Virus record (IMG/VR): IMGVR_UViG_3300034520_000378
Reading direction: 5' to 3' (one strand)
Origin: a virus
Length of the DNA: 64,000 nt
Under the pieces are notes generated by a model. It was not told the DNA's origin and ran no database searches. It was given only the letters and a program-made list of their open reading frames with translations. The position numbers and the translations under genes were made by a program. Below are positions 1 to 8,664 of the stretch, one piece after another. Each line of letters opens with the position of its first letter. Within the stretch, counting starts at the first letter, position 1.

Positions 1-111
1 GTCGCCGATTTCTGCACCAATCAAGCCTATTGTGCCATATATAGCACTGCCTGCTAGCGCGCTTAACAGGTATTTGTATGTGTTGGACGATATACTATTG
101 AGCGATGCCAC
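1..111 (-). CDS. 5' part of a hypothetical protein running off the window edge (MASLNSISSNTYKYLL...)
   Basis: GTG at 111 preceded by GAGGAG; frame open to position 1; manual translation. Confidence 0.6.
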   Translation of the reverse strand, partial: MASLNSISSNTYKYLLSALAGSAIYGTIGLIGAEIGD

Positions 112-127
112 CCGGCGCTCCTCTCTC

Positions 128-2188
128 CTATGCTACGCAGTATGATACAAGTATCACGGAACCCGGCCCCGGCGCCACGTTGAACGTTATGGTCCGGCCG
201 CTCATTGTGTAGTCATTGTCAGCACCTTTGTTCATGAGCAGGCCGTTCACGAACACTTCCTCGCTGTCCTCAACTATGTCTTCAGGCAGGGTGAATACAT
301 TGTTTACGCCGTCTATAACCCCGTCCGGTTTCACTCTTACCCTCCTGTTTACACTGCTGCTACCGGTTGCTTTGAGGATTACCCTCTTGTTAGTACTATC
401 TACCTCTACCTGCATGCCATCACCGATGACTATCTCCAGCACGTCGGTTTTATTGGCCGCCTGTATGACATAGTTTCCTATCTTGACAGCAGAGAACGCG
501 TTCTGGTTGGGTTCAGCATAGGTTTGGACAGTATCGAGCTTGGCTTTGTCGATGGCAGACATCAGCCCTGCAGTCTGGGATGTTGCAAGTCCTGGGCGAC
601 CCTGTATTTCTTCCCACTTGACGTTATCCCAGCCTATACTCCCGGGCGTGCTCCCCGCTTTCAATACCTTGCCGCCGTTTGTAGTGCCGGTAGCGGGAAC
701 GTGCAGATATCCATCACCTGTCGGGTGCTCATACTGATAAGAACATACTTTGTGCGTTGGGTGAACGTACCTGTTTGCGCCAAACTCTATGCTGTCGAGC
801 TTGGCTTTGTCCTGGGGCGACATAAAGCCCGCCATGCTCTGAGTAGCTGTTGCGTGAGCGTTTCCGTTTGTTCCGATGTGCTCTACAGGCGCAAATCTAC
901 CCTGCGCCCACTCCCGGGTAGCGAGGGTCTCTAAGCTTTCCCCTATGCCCAGCTTGAACTTGTCGTCGGATTCGTCAAACAAGAGCTTGGCGTCTTCAAG
1001 CTGGCCGCGGTCGACAGCTATCCCCGCAGTGCCTGCCGTTACGCCTTGACCCTGCTCACCTTCGTTTAGTATAATGGTGTTGTCGGATGTTGTTACGGTT
1101 TCCGTGTTAACCTGGAATACGGTACCCTGGAATGTGGCGTCACCGTTGACAACGAGATTGCCTACTGTAGCAGTCCCGGTAATGTTTGCGTTGCCGGTAA
1201 CATTAACACCCGGCGCTGTGATGTTTATCTCTTTCTGTGATGCCAGGTTTATCTTTGCGTTAGGCCCGTCTGTGTGAATATCAATGTTTGCATCTGTATA
1301 CTCCGGGGTGTATATCTCTACATGCGCCTCGGAGCTTATTTTTGTCTCGCCGGCGCCGGTCGTCTTTATGTCTATCGTCTGGTTCGGCTCAGCCTGTACC
1401 TTTACCTTTGCCTCTTCAGTTCCGAGTATCGGCGTGGAGCCTATATACAGCGTGTTTGTGGACAGGTATGCCTCTTCGACGTATATTGCCTTGAACTTGG
1501 CTGATGGACTACCAATGTTCTGTACACCGTTTTGCGCTGGTAGGATGTCTCCGGTGACGGTCAGGTTACCCTGCACGCCCAGATCGCCTTCCATTGTGTC
1601 GCCGGCTTTGTTGAGCGGCGTGAAGTTCATCTGCGTCAGCTCGGCGATCTTGTTCTTCTCCTCGGTCGTCACAAACCTGTGCTGGTCGTCCTCTTCAATC
1701 ATCGATGCAGGATGTGTGGGCGGGTGAACGTATTTGTTAGCCCCGTATTCGACCGACGCAAGCTTTATCTTCTCTTCGTCTGTGAAGGTGTTTGTGTTGG
1801 GGTTTGCTTCGTAGAGCGCCTTGACCTCGGCCGGAGAAAGCAGACTGTCGCCGCTGTTGATGGTCACAAACCCCGCCCCGGCACCTTCAATCCTGAGGAT
1901 TACTTCGTCCCCCTTCTGCAGAGGCTCGTTAAACATGATTGTCGTGCTGTTTAGCTCGATGTAGCCGCCATCCTCGCCCGCTCTCTGCAGGACGCCGTTG
2001 ACGAACACTTTAAGCTGACCAGAGCCAGTGGTGAACGGCTTTTCAACTGTAATCATTCGCTGCCCGTCGACTGCTTTTACTATCTGCTGGAAGGGCTGCG
2101 ACATTCCCGTCAGCTGTTCGCCTAAGTGCTCATAATCAGGGGAACTTGCCTTGATCTGTTTTAGAGGAATCTTGCCTATCTTTGCCAT
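128..2188 (-). CDS. virion fibre/structural protein (686 aa) with terminal VFVNG beta-sandwich modules
   Basis: N- and C-terminal 'VFVNG..L..G..DY....TI.F' modules; repeated YVHP and G(F/L)MSxxDKAKLD motifs typical of phage fibre proteins; tail gene context. Confidence 0.7.
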   Translation of the reverse strand: MAKIGKIPLKQIKASSPDYEHLGEQLTGMSQPFQQIVKAVDGQRMITVEKPFTTGSGQLKVFVNGVLQRAGEDGGYIELNSTTIMFNEPLQKGDEVILRIEGAGAGFVTINSGDSLLSPAEVKALYEANPNTNTFTDEEKIKLASVEYGANKYVHPPTHPASMIEEDDQHRFVTTEEKNKIAELTQMNFTPLNKAGDTMEGDLGVQGNLTVTGDILPAQNGVQNIGSPSAKFKAIYVEEAYLSTNTLYIGSTPILGTEEAKVKVQAEPNQTIDIKTTGAGETKISSEAHVEIYTPEYTDANIDIHTDGPNAKINLASQKEINITAPGVNVTGNANITGTATVGNLVVNGDATFQGTVFQVNTETVTTSDNTIILNEGEQGQGVTAGTAGIAVDRGQLEDAKLLFDESDDKFKLGIGESLETLATREWAQGRFAPVEHIGTNGNAHATATQSMAGFMSPQDKAKLDSIEFGANRYVHPTHKVCSYQYEHPTGDGYLHVPATGTTNGGKVLKAGSTPGSIGWDNVKWEEIQGRPGLATSQTAGLMSAIDKAKLDTVQTYAEPNQNAFSAVKIGNYVIQAANKTDVLEIVIGDGMQVEVDSTNKRVILKATGSSSVNRRVRVKPDGVIDGVNNVFTLPEDIVEDSEEVFVNGLLMNKGADNDYTMSGRTITFNVAPGPGSVILVSYCVA

Positions 2189-2262
2189 AGACCTCTGCGC
2201 GACGAACGCATGCCCTCCTTCTGTAGGATTTTAGGCAGTGGATAAACAAAGTCCACGTTATC

Positions 2263-2400
2263 TCAATTATTCTCCCCTGCCAGCACTTCTTGGACCACTT
2301 CCTTCAGGTTTAAGAGCTGGGGCACCTGTTCGATGGAATACTTTCCTTCCTTTATATACCTCACCCATAACCTTACAAGAGCGCTTTCTGGTGTGAACAT
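2263..2400 (-). CDS. small XkdX/CD1375-like protein (45 aa, MFTPESALVRLWVRYIKEGKYSIEQVPQLLNLKEVV...), missed by the ORF track
   Basis: GGAGGTG SD, TAATG overlap with the upstream stop; 'I..GKY.IEQVP' pattern; usual position after a fibre chaperone. Confidence 0.75.
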   Translation of the reverse strand: MFTPESALVRLWVRYIKEGKYSIEQVPQLLNLKEVVQEVLAGENN

Positions 2401-2687
2401 TATTGTACACCTCCAACTGCCATGGAAAGTTCAAGCAGCGCCCGCTCAAGCTGCTGAATCCTCTCTTCCAATGTGAGCGGCCTGTCGGCGTATTCATACC
2501 ACATTTCCTTGGTTGTAGGGTTAATGTATAGCACCGCCATTTTGCCGTCTACTTCTTGCGGTTCTGGTATTTCAGCAACTTCAATTCCCTGTTCGCGCAA
2601 CGCGGCGGGCAGTTGTTCAGGCATATAATGTATTAGAGTTACCCTGCCGCGATTTGTGTTTTCCTGTTCATAGAATACTAAAGGCAT
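2400..2687 (-). CDS. tail fibre-associated chaperone-like protein (95 aa, XkdW-like position)
   Basis: AAGGAGG SD supports the MPLVFY start at 2687 rather than 2792; C-terminal 'EERIQQLERALLELS' coiled coil. Confidence 0.65.
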   Translation of the reverse strand: MPLVFYEQENTNRGRVTLIHYMPEQLPAALREQGIEVAEIPEPQEVDGKMAVLYINPTTKEMWYEYADRPLTLEERIQQLERALLELSMAVGGVQ

Positions 2688-2710
2688 ATATATCATACCT
2701 CCTTGTTGAG

Positions 2711-3793
2711 TTACCAGCAGTGCGGGAAGGCACCACAGAGTCCTGGATCTACTGCTACGGAGTAGACAGCGGCGCCAAGAGAATACGACCATACTTGGCT
2801 ACCACTAGGAGTGAGTTTGCGGACGAAAACACCACTACCAGCATATACATATCCATCAGGGTCTACTGCTACGGAGTTGACATTGTAGCTAGCATTATAC
2901 GACCATACTTGGCTACCACTAGGAGTGAGTTTGCGGACGTAGCTACCACTACCAGCATATACATATCCATCAGGGTCTACTGCTACGGAGTTGACATTGT
3001 AGCCAGCATTATACCACCATACTTGGCTACCACTAGGAGTGAGTTTGCGGACGAAAACACCACTACCAGCATATACATATCCATCAGGGTCTACTGCTAC
3101 GGAGTTGACATTGTAGCTAGCATTATACGACCATACTTGGCTACCACTAGGAGTGAGTTTGCGGACGTAGCTACCACTACCAGCATATACATATCCATCA
3201 GGGTCTACTGCTACGGAGTTGACATTGTAGCCAGCATTATACCACCATACTTGGCTACCACTAGGAGTGAGTTTGCGGACGAAAGTACCACTACCAGCAT
3301 ATACATAGAAATCATTAAACGAATGTACTAACCACTGTGCCCCATTCCACCAATAGCTCTTTACCCATTCCCATTCCGTGCCGGTCCGGCGCCGCACAAA
3401 GCCAAGAAATACCCAGATATCAAGAGTACTTGGACAAGAGACAGAAGCATCACCAGCAGTAGCTCCTACGAAACCGTAAAACTTGAGGTTATAAGCGTTG
3501 GTATAAGTCTCAGGTGGAGCATTCGGTGCGTCAGTATCCACCCTCTTTGGTATGAACTTGATCCAGAAGTCGCCTTCGCTTGGATCTGTCGGCTCTTCGG
3601 CTTGAAAGTATACCTTATTCGGTTGATTATCTGTACATACCCAAATGTCATACAGAGACGGATTGGGCGGTTCGGTGCTTGAGAACGTCATCTTGACAGT
3701 CCGCCCGGTAATGCCGCTTGAGGGAGGAGTAGCAGAACGCCCTCCTCCCAGCAAGCCATGAAGCATCAAATCGGGACGTGTGTGTTTAAGCAT
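2711..3793 (-). CDS. putative receptor-binding tail protein with five PQQ/NHL-like beta-propeller blades
   Basis: 38-aa repeats YVYAGSGxxVRKLTPSGSQVWxY...SVAVDPDG; N-terminal 'EPxxPxxxDxW' fibre motifs; flanked by fibre chaperone genes. Confidence 0.7.
   Translation of the reverse strand: MLKHTRPDLMLHGLLGGGRSATPPSSGITGRTVKMTFSSTEPPNPSLYDIWVCTDNQPNKVYFQAEEPTDPSEGDFWIKFIPKRVDTDAPNAPPETYTNAYNLKFYGFVGATAGDASVSCPSTLDIWVFLGFVRRRTGTEWEWVKSYWWNGAQWLVHSFNDFYVYAGSGTFVRKLTPSGSQVWWYNAGYNVNSVAVDPDGYVYAGSGSYVRKLTPSGSQVWSYNASYNVNSVAVDPDGYVYAGSGVFVRKLTPSGSQVWWYNAGYNVNSVAVDPDGYVYAGSGSYVRKLTPSGSQVWSYNASYNVNSVAVDPDGYVYAGSGVFVRKLTPSGSQVWSYSLGAAVYSVAVDPGLCGAFPHCW
2748..3307. repeat. ~4.9 tandem copies of a 114-bp coding repeat with 228-bp higher-order periodicity
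   Basis: tctactgctacggag recurs at 2748, 2862, 2976, 3090 and 3204; copies 2 and 4 (protein order) are identical. Confidence 0.97.
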
Positions 3794-4076
3794 TACGTGC
3801 TACCTCACTTTCCAGCTCACCGTCGGCATTATAGACAAGGTCGTATACTATCTCCTTCAGCAGCTCGCCCTCGGGACTGTAGTATTTGACCCTGCGTTCA
3901 GCGTATTGAGGTGGCGTACCGCCAGAAAGCTCTGACGTCTTAAAGAGCGAGCCATCTGGGCGGCGCCACTCCACCAGGGTATATACCCCATGGCTGTCCT
4001 TGTTCTGACAGATTACGCTCATTTCTTCGCCAGCTACTGTTAAATGTGTCATTAGCGATTCAAATGTGCGTGGCAT
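3786..4076 (-). CDS. tail fibre module protein (96 aa)
   Basis: ORF with SD; 'R.DG.L...S.LSGGT.PQY..R...YY....YDL.Y..DG.L.SEV' pattern recalled from Bacillota prophage tail regions. Confidence 0.65.
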   Translation of the reverse strand: MPRTFESLMTHLTVAGEEMSVICQNKDSHGVYTLVEWRRPDGSLFKTSELSGGTPPQYAERRVKYYSPEGELLKEIVYDLVYNADGELESEVARNA

Positions 4077-4108
4077 TATGAATCAGCTCCCGTTTGAGAG
4101 TGCGGATT

Positions 4109-4288
4109 TTACAGTTTCGGCTTCCAGCGCTGGTGTACAAATGGTACCCAGCTGAGGGGGAACTTGCGCGCAGGCCCGATATTGCCTTGTGATGGGAGCG
4201 CACCATCTTCTTTAGCCATTTCCGAACGCACGCCAAGGAAGTAGTCGCCTACTTTTCTAGTAGACGGCCCGGTATTAAAGATATCCAC
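4109..4288 (-). CDS. possible small hypothetical protein (59 aa, MDIFNTGPSTRKVGDYFLG...)
   Basis: GTG-started frame filling the gap 3 nt after the upstream stop; no strong SD. Confidence 0.4.
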   Translation of the reverse strand: MDIFNTGPSTRKVGDYFLGVRSEMAKEDGALPSQGNIGPARKFPLSWVPFVHQRWKPKL

Positions 4289-4291
4289 TAT

Positions 4292-4684
4292 CTACTTGAG
4301 CTTTAAAGCCATGATTTCAATTGTAAACGACATAGCAGCAGTGGGCTTGATGCGCAGGTAAATGTTATTGCTCTCCGTAGTGCACACATATGGCAAGTCA
4401 AGTACGTCATAGAGTTCGCCGGATGCGGGCAGGGAAGCATACTCGACGCGGCCGTCAGTTTCCGCCGTCAATATCTCCACTTCAAACGTATCAGCTGCGT
4501 TGTCTGATGTAACTCTGATTGTCTTGATGAGCACCTTTTGAACGCCAGCCGGTACCGCCACTATTGATGCGGTATCAGCAGGGATTTCTTGCGTTGTGGT
4601 GTTTAACACAATCAGCTCCATATCCCCACCTCCGATTCCGGCCGCGGCCAGCTGCGCTTTGAGCAAGTCAAGCGTACGAGGCAT
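4292..4684 (-). CDS. tail fibre module structural protein (130 aa)
   Basis: ORF, coupled to upstream stop; beta-rich; N-terminus resembles that of 3786..4076. Confidence 0.6.
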   Translation of the reverse strand: MPRTLDLLKAQLAAAGIGGGDMELIVLNTTTQEIPADTASIVAVPAGVQKVLIKTIRVTSDNAADTFEVEILTAETDGRVEYASLPASGELYDVLDLPYVCTTESNNIYLRIKPTAAMSFTIEIMALKLK

Positions 4685-4887
4685 TATCCATCAACCCCTG
4701 TTTCTTCAACCTCGATCTGTTCGTCGCTTGCCCCCATGACTAACTTCAAGAAATTCATGCACTCGTCAACGGAAGCAAAGTCTTCCCCTGTAAACGGGTT
4801 GAATTGCTGGATGAGGAACGTATTGCCGTTATCGTCAACACCATATACGACATACTTGCCGTTTTCGGAAGCTATCTGAAAAGACAT
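4684..4887 (-). CDS. small acidic hypothetical protein (possible fibre chaperone)
   Basis: GGAGG SD, tight packing. Confidence 0.6.
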   Translation of the reverse strand: MSFQIASENGKYVVYGVDDNGNTFLIQQFNPFTGEDFASVDECMNFLKLVMGASDEQIEVEETGVDG

Positions 4888-4902
4888 ATCTTAAAACCTC
4901 CC

Positions 4903-5433
4903 CTATCTAGGAATGAGACCGGCCGGCATGACTTCAATAGTCAGCGCCAGCTGGCTGCCGTCATCGGTGGTAACGGTGAGATAGTGAGTACCTGTAACCA
5001 GCGGCGTGCCAGTGATGTAATAGCCGTCGCTGGATATGCTTAAGGAAGTTGGCAGGGCGGGCGAAATGCTCTGAATGCGCTTTTTGTTGGCAGCACCGAA
5101 GGCGATTTGGCACGGCCGCCCCGCAACGACGCGGAAGTAGAGTTCGCCGAGACCGCCTTGTCCAAGTTTCAGCAGGTCAGTCTTAGTAACACCTGTTACC
5201 GGTATCGCTGTTGGTTGTTCTGACACCATTACCGTATCATCTCTTAGAACATATGACGTCAGTCCCGCGCTTATAGTTACAGGATATTTGACAGGTTCAG
5301 CAGCAGGAGCCGCGCACAAAGCAGCCCCTGCTTTGTGTATATATCCATCGCCCGTTTCAAGCATCCGTGCAGGTTCGGCATGACTATGACCGAAATTGTA
5401 TGTGAGACTATCCGTATCGTGAACTATCGGCAT
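4903..5433 (-). CDS. virion protein with C-terminal He_PIG/Ig-like domain
   Basis: 'LPTSLSIS..G.ITGTP...GT.YLTVT' Ig-like signature; AAGGAGG SD. Confidence 0.65.
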   Translation of the reverse strand: MPIVHDTDSLTYNFGHSHAEPARMLETGDGYIHKAGAALCAAPAAEPVKYPVTISAGLTSYVLRDDTVMVSEQPTAIPVTGVTKTDLLKLGQGGLGELYFRVVAGRPCQIAFGAANKKRIQSISPALPTSLSISSDGYYITGTPLVTGTHYLTVTTDDGSQLALTIEVMPAGLIPR

Positions 5434-5446
5434 GCGGTACTCCTCC

Positions 5447-7288
5447 TTATACGGCCGGGCTTGCAGTTACGCTCAGCATGCCGCTTCCCTTAACGATTAT
5501 CGGGACCTCCAGCGAAGCATCGGCCAACGTCTGCACTACAATCGCCTTTTGCCCGTTCGATGCAAATACGGCATTGCCATTGAGAACCAGGTGCACATAA
5601 GCAGCCACACGGTTGTTGCTGGAATCAAACGTGTCAACATATACGCTGCTTGATATATCCACGCCATTGTATGAATAGCTCTGGCTGGCAAACCTGGTGG
5701 CTATAAACATAGATACAGAGGTGTCGGGTATAAGGTCTACGCGCAGGTCATTGGCATTAGCTGAGTATACGCACCAGAGACGCTCCAGGTCGTCAATGCC
5801 GATACCGTGTACATCATCTACAATGCTCTTTGTAAGCACCAGCTTGTCATTCACGGCATCAACCGCAAACATCAAGATTCCCTTCTGGCTTGCCACGATG
5901 ACTGTCTTATAATTACCAGCCACAAACGCCGCTTCCGGCGCAGTCTTGGCATTTACATCGAAAGGTATCGAGTAAACATCGGTCAGTGTAAGCTGGCTGC
6001 CATCGTCGATGCGGAAGAGGTACATCTTTGTACCCTCTGTGCGGTAGCGGAGCGTGGCCAGTGTGTCGTTAGTAACACCTGTATAATCCACCACAGAGTT
6101 GTAGTTCACGCACGGCACGTAGCAGAGGTACTTCTTGGTGCCGTAGTCAAGGTAGAGGAGTTTGTTGACGGTGAACATGGCGGCACCGTTGGCACAGAGG
6201 TAGTAGGCGCAGGCGTTAACAGTGGCAGCCCCCGCTCCCAACTGAGTGATGCCTACCAGGCTTGTTGTCAGGCCGTTCAGGTTTACCGCACAGGCCGCGG
6301 GCGCGGAGACGGTGTTGTTAGCCAGGTCTACCGTCAGCATGGCGATGCCGAAGGTGCCGTCGTCGCCGTAGCTGGTGATAAAGTAGACTTTGCTCCCGTC
6401 CGGCGAGACCGCTGGCTCGCTGTAGAGACAGAAGGCCGATGCGGTATTAACGACCGTTGTCTGGCTGGCCGCCACGGTGTAGATGCCGGTGGCAGGATTA
6501 TAGAGCACAGCGTTGAAGACCGTCGGCGTGTAGGCCTTGCCGTTGTTTGCGCTAGACGTGCGGGTGCCGTAGGAACTGGTCAGCACCACCAGCCTGCCGT
6601 CGGCGGTGGGGCCGAGCACGCCGTGTAGGAAGCAGTAGGAGAACCACGACGGCGCAGAGGGGGAGAAGGCGCTGTTCAGCACCACGGGGTAGCCGTACTT
6701 GGGCGGGTAGAGGGCGTAATAGTTGTAGGCGCCGCTGCTATAGAAAAACCCATCCCCCCTGTACCCTACATACGGCGCCGCCGGCCCGGTGATGCTAGTT
6801 AAAGTCTCTACCCTCAACTGGTCGCGGCCGAAGGTGACCACATTGCTCCCCACCGGAATAAACTTGCTCATGCCGTGCCGGTAGGTACCCCAGGCGGTGC
6901 TGCCGGTGTAGGTATAGTTGGTCTTGAAGTTTGCATCCACCGCTACCAGAGAGAGGAGTTCATCCGGATACCCGATCCACTTGACACCGCCTACGTCCAC
7001 AGCAGACCGTAGAGGCGTGACGCTCGGCGGCAGCGGGCAGCGGTAAGCCGGAGCCGTGCCGTCGCCCAGGTAGCGGCTGTAGTAGCGGGTATTCGTGCAA
7101 ACAGGAGTAATGTTTGCCCTCGCAGAGTAAAGCGGTATCAGAGCCACGCCTTCCGGCACGGGCACCAGCGTTGCTTTGTCATACGGTCTGCCGTTGATAA
7201 ACATGTAGTCGCCGGCTTCAATAATGAGAGGGATGCCTTGAGTATTTGTGAGAGGTTTATTAGTCTTGTAGTCGAAGATAATGGCCAT
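5447..7288 (-). CDS. putative tail fibre/receptor-binding protein (613 aa, beta-rich)
   Basis: Long Tyr/Thr/Gly/Val-rich ORF downstream of the baseplate genes. Confidence 0.6.
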   Translation of the reverse strand: MAIIFDYKTNKPLTNTQGIPLIIEAGDYMFINGRPYDKATLVPVPEGVALIPLYSARANITPVCTNTRYYSRYLGDGTAPAYRCPLPPSVTPLRSAVDVGGVKWIGYPDELLSLVAVDANFKTNYTYTGSTAWGTYRHGMSKFIPVGSNVVTFGRDQLRVETLTSITGPAAPYVGYRGDGFFYSSGAYNYYALYPPKYGYPVVLNSAFSPSAPSWFSYCFLHGVLGPTADGRLVVLTSSYGTRTSSANNGKAYTPTVFNAVLYNPATGIYTVAASQTTVVNTASAFCLYSEPAVSPDGSKVYFITSYGDDGTFGIAMLTVDLANNTVSAPAACAVNLNGLTTSLVGITQLGAGAATVNACAYYLCANGAAMFTVNKLLYLDYGTKKYLCYVPCVNYNSVVDYTGVTNDTLATLRYRTEGTKMYLFRIDDGSQLTLTDVYSIPFDVNAKTAPEAAFVAGNYKTVIVASQKGILMFAVDAVNDKLVLTKSIVDDVHGIGIDDLERLWCVYSANANDLRVDLIPDTSVSMFIATRFASQSYSYNGVDISSSVYVDTFDSSNNRVAAYVHLVLNGNAVFASNGQKAIVVQTLADASLEVPIIVKGSGMLSVTASPAV

Positions 7289-7292
7289 CCTG

Positions 7293-7712
7293 TTAACCCC
7301 CTATTGCAATGTAGTTGACTTGATACTTAACCTTACCTTTCCCTGAGGCACGGATAATGATGTCGTTCCTGATGACTTCAAAAGAGGCTGTGCGCCCGGA
7401 AGGGATAGAGCCTGAGTAGAGCATGTCCTGCCCGCTGTAGACTTCAAAGCTTACAGAATCAGGAGAGGCGTTTGCGATGTCGATGACGCCGTTGATGACC
7501 GCCCCCTGGACTATGCTGTACAGGGAAAAGACATCCTCTAACTGCTGGGTGTCGAACTCGACCTCTGCCGATTCAGATTTGATCTGGGTGGACATGGAGT
7601 TGAGCCTATCGGCAAGCGTTGCTTTACCGCCGCGCGCTTCGGCGATCTCATTCCTGAGCGCTTCTATCTTAAGGCTGTGTATCTGATAGTCCTGTATGCG
7701 TGTGGTTGCCAT
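7293..7712 (-). CDS. virion structural protein (139 aa)
   Basis: AAGGAGG SD; 'EIAEARGGKATLADRL' motif common in tail/baseplate proteins. Confidence 0.65.
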   Translation of the reverse strand: MATTRIQDYQIHSLKIEALRNEIAEARGGKATLADRLNSMSTQIKSESAEVEFDTQQLEDVFSLYSIVQGAVINGVIDIANASPDSVSFEVYSGQDMLYSGSIPSGRTASFEVIRNDIIIRASGKGKVKYQVNYIAIGG

Positions 7713-7756
7713 GACGATCCTCCTTCGACCGTTCTCTATGCATTATACTACCCAAC

Positions 7757-7809
7757 AAAAAGAGGGCAGGGACGGCTCATGTGTTGAGGAGAATGTTCAA
7801 CTGCCCTCC
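7757..7809 (-). terminator. putative intrinsic terminator followed by a TATAAT box
   Basis: GAGGGCAG...CTGCCCTC inverted repeat then TTTTGTT on the minus strand; long loop; TATAAT at 7742-7747. Confidence 0.45.
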
Positions 7810-7811
7810 GC

Positions 7812-8642
7812 TTATCGTGCCGCGCTTACCACCCGAACGCCTACCGCTCCGTCCTCTACAAACCTTTCATTCCAACGGCACTGCTGGTCGGCTACGTCAA
7901 CCTTTCTCCCGTTTCTTGTAAGGGAAAGTATCCTGACTTCCTCTGCTGCCGGGTGTACCGCGTCTTTGACTACTGCTAACAGATCTGAGATTACCAATGG
8001 CGCGCCGGGGTATAGGGAGTTAAGATACTTTGCCGCTGAAAGCTCGGCTGCCGACCTGTAAGCTGCTTTGTCGTCATCCATCACATCGCCGCTGAACGCC
8101 ACGAAAAGCTCCAAGCCTATCGGTATCAACCTGGGGAGCAGGACTTCGACACGGGTGCCGCATGCCTTAACCTCCTCCACAGCCCACCTTACGCTCTCCA
8201 CTATGCTGTCAAACTGAGCCGGGTCGTCCGCAACCACGTACACAGCACAGGACCCGGTGCCCAGGGCATGCTCGTGGATTATGACGTCCTTAACGCCCTC
8301 TACAGACAGCGCAGCAAGCCTGATAGCGGTGGTATTAGCCGTAGCATCGGCAAGCGCCTGCTGGGATATCCTGTACCTGTACTCATCGTCCGGTTCATCG
8401 GGCAGTCGCTTGCAGTGGACTATATCGCCTAACAGATCGAGGAATTCGCCCGAGGCTGTTGAGACGAAGCTGCTGTAGTGTGCAGTGCTGAGCTGTCTGT
8501 ACAGGTCCTCCACAGCGGAATTTACAACTGCAAGCAGCAGCCGCACCACGCTGCCCGGGCCGCTGTCGCCCAACACCGTGCTCTTCAGCAGCTCAAGCGC
8601 CCGCGTCTGAAGCTCGTCTAACGTTCTAACAGGAATGAACAC
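7812..8642 (-). CDS. baseplate J-like wedge protein
   Basis: 'A.GEFLDLLG.....R...E.DDEYRYRI', 'SVEGVKDV', 'G.G...VYV' baseplate J motifs. Confidence 0.85.
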   Translation of the reverse strand: MFIPVRTLDELQTRALELLKSTVLGDSGPGSVVRLLLAVVNSAVEDLYRQLSTAHYSSFVSTASGEFLDLLGDIVHCKRLPDEPDDEYRYRISQQALADATANTTAIRLAALSVEGVKDVIIHEHALGTGSCAVYVVADDPAQFDSIVESVRWAVEEVKACGTRVEVLLPRLIPIGLELFVAFSGDVMDDDKAAYRSAAELSAAKYLNSLYPGAPLVISDLLAVVKDAVHPAAEEVRILSLTRNGRKVDVADQQCRWNERFVEDGAVGVRVVSAAR

Positions 8643-8664
8643 GCTTGACTACCTCCCCTTTTCT

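Noticed and set aside
2267-2497. 76-aa minus-strand ORF in the track
   Set aside because: Wrong frame; the SD-supported gene is 2263..2400
2748-3307. CRISPR array
   Set aside because: Units are contiguous 114-bp in-frame coding repeats with no unique spacers, and no cas genes are present
2654-3331. 225-aa plus-strand repetitive ORF
   Set aside because: Antisense shadow of the propeller repeats; no SD and implausible protein
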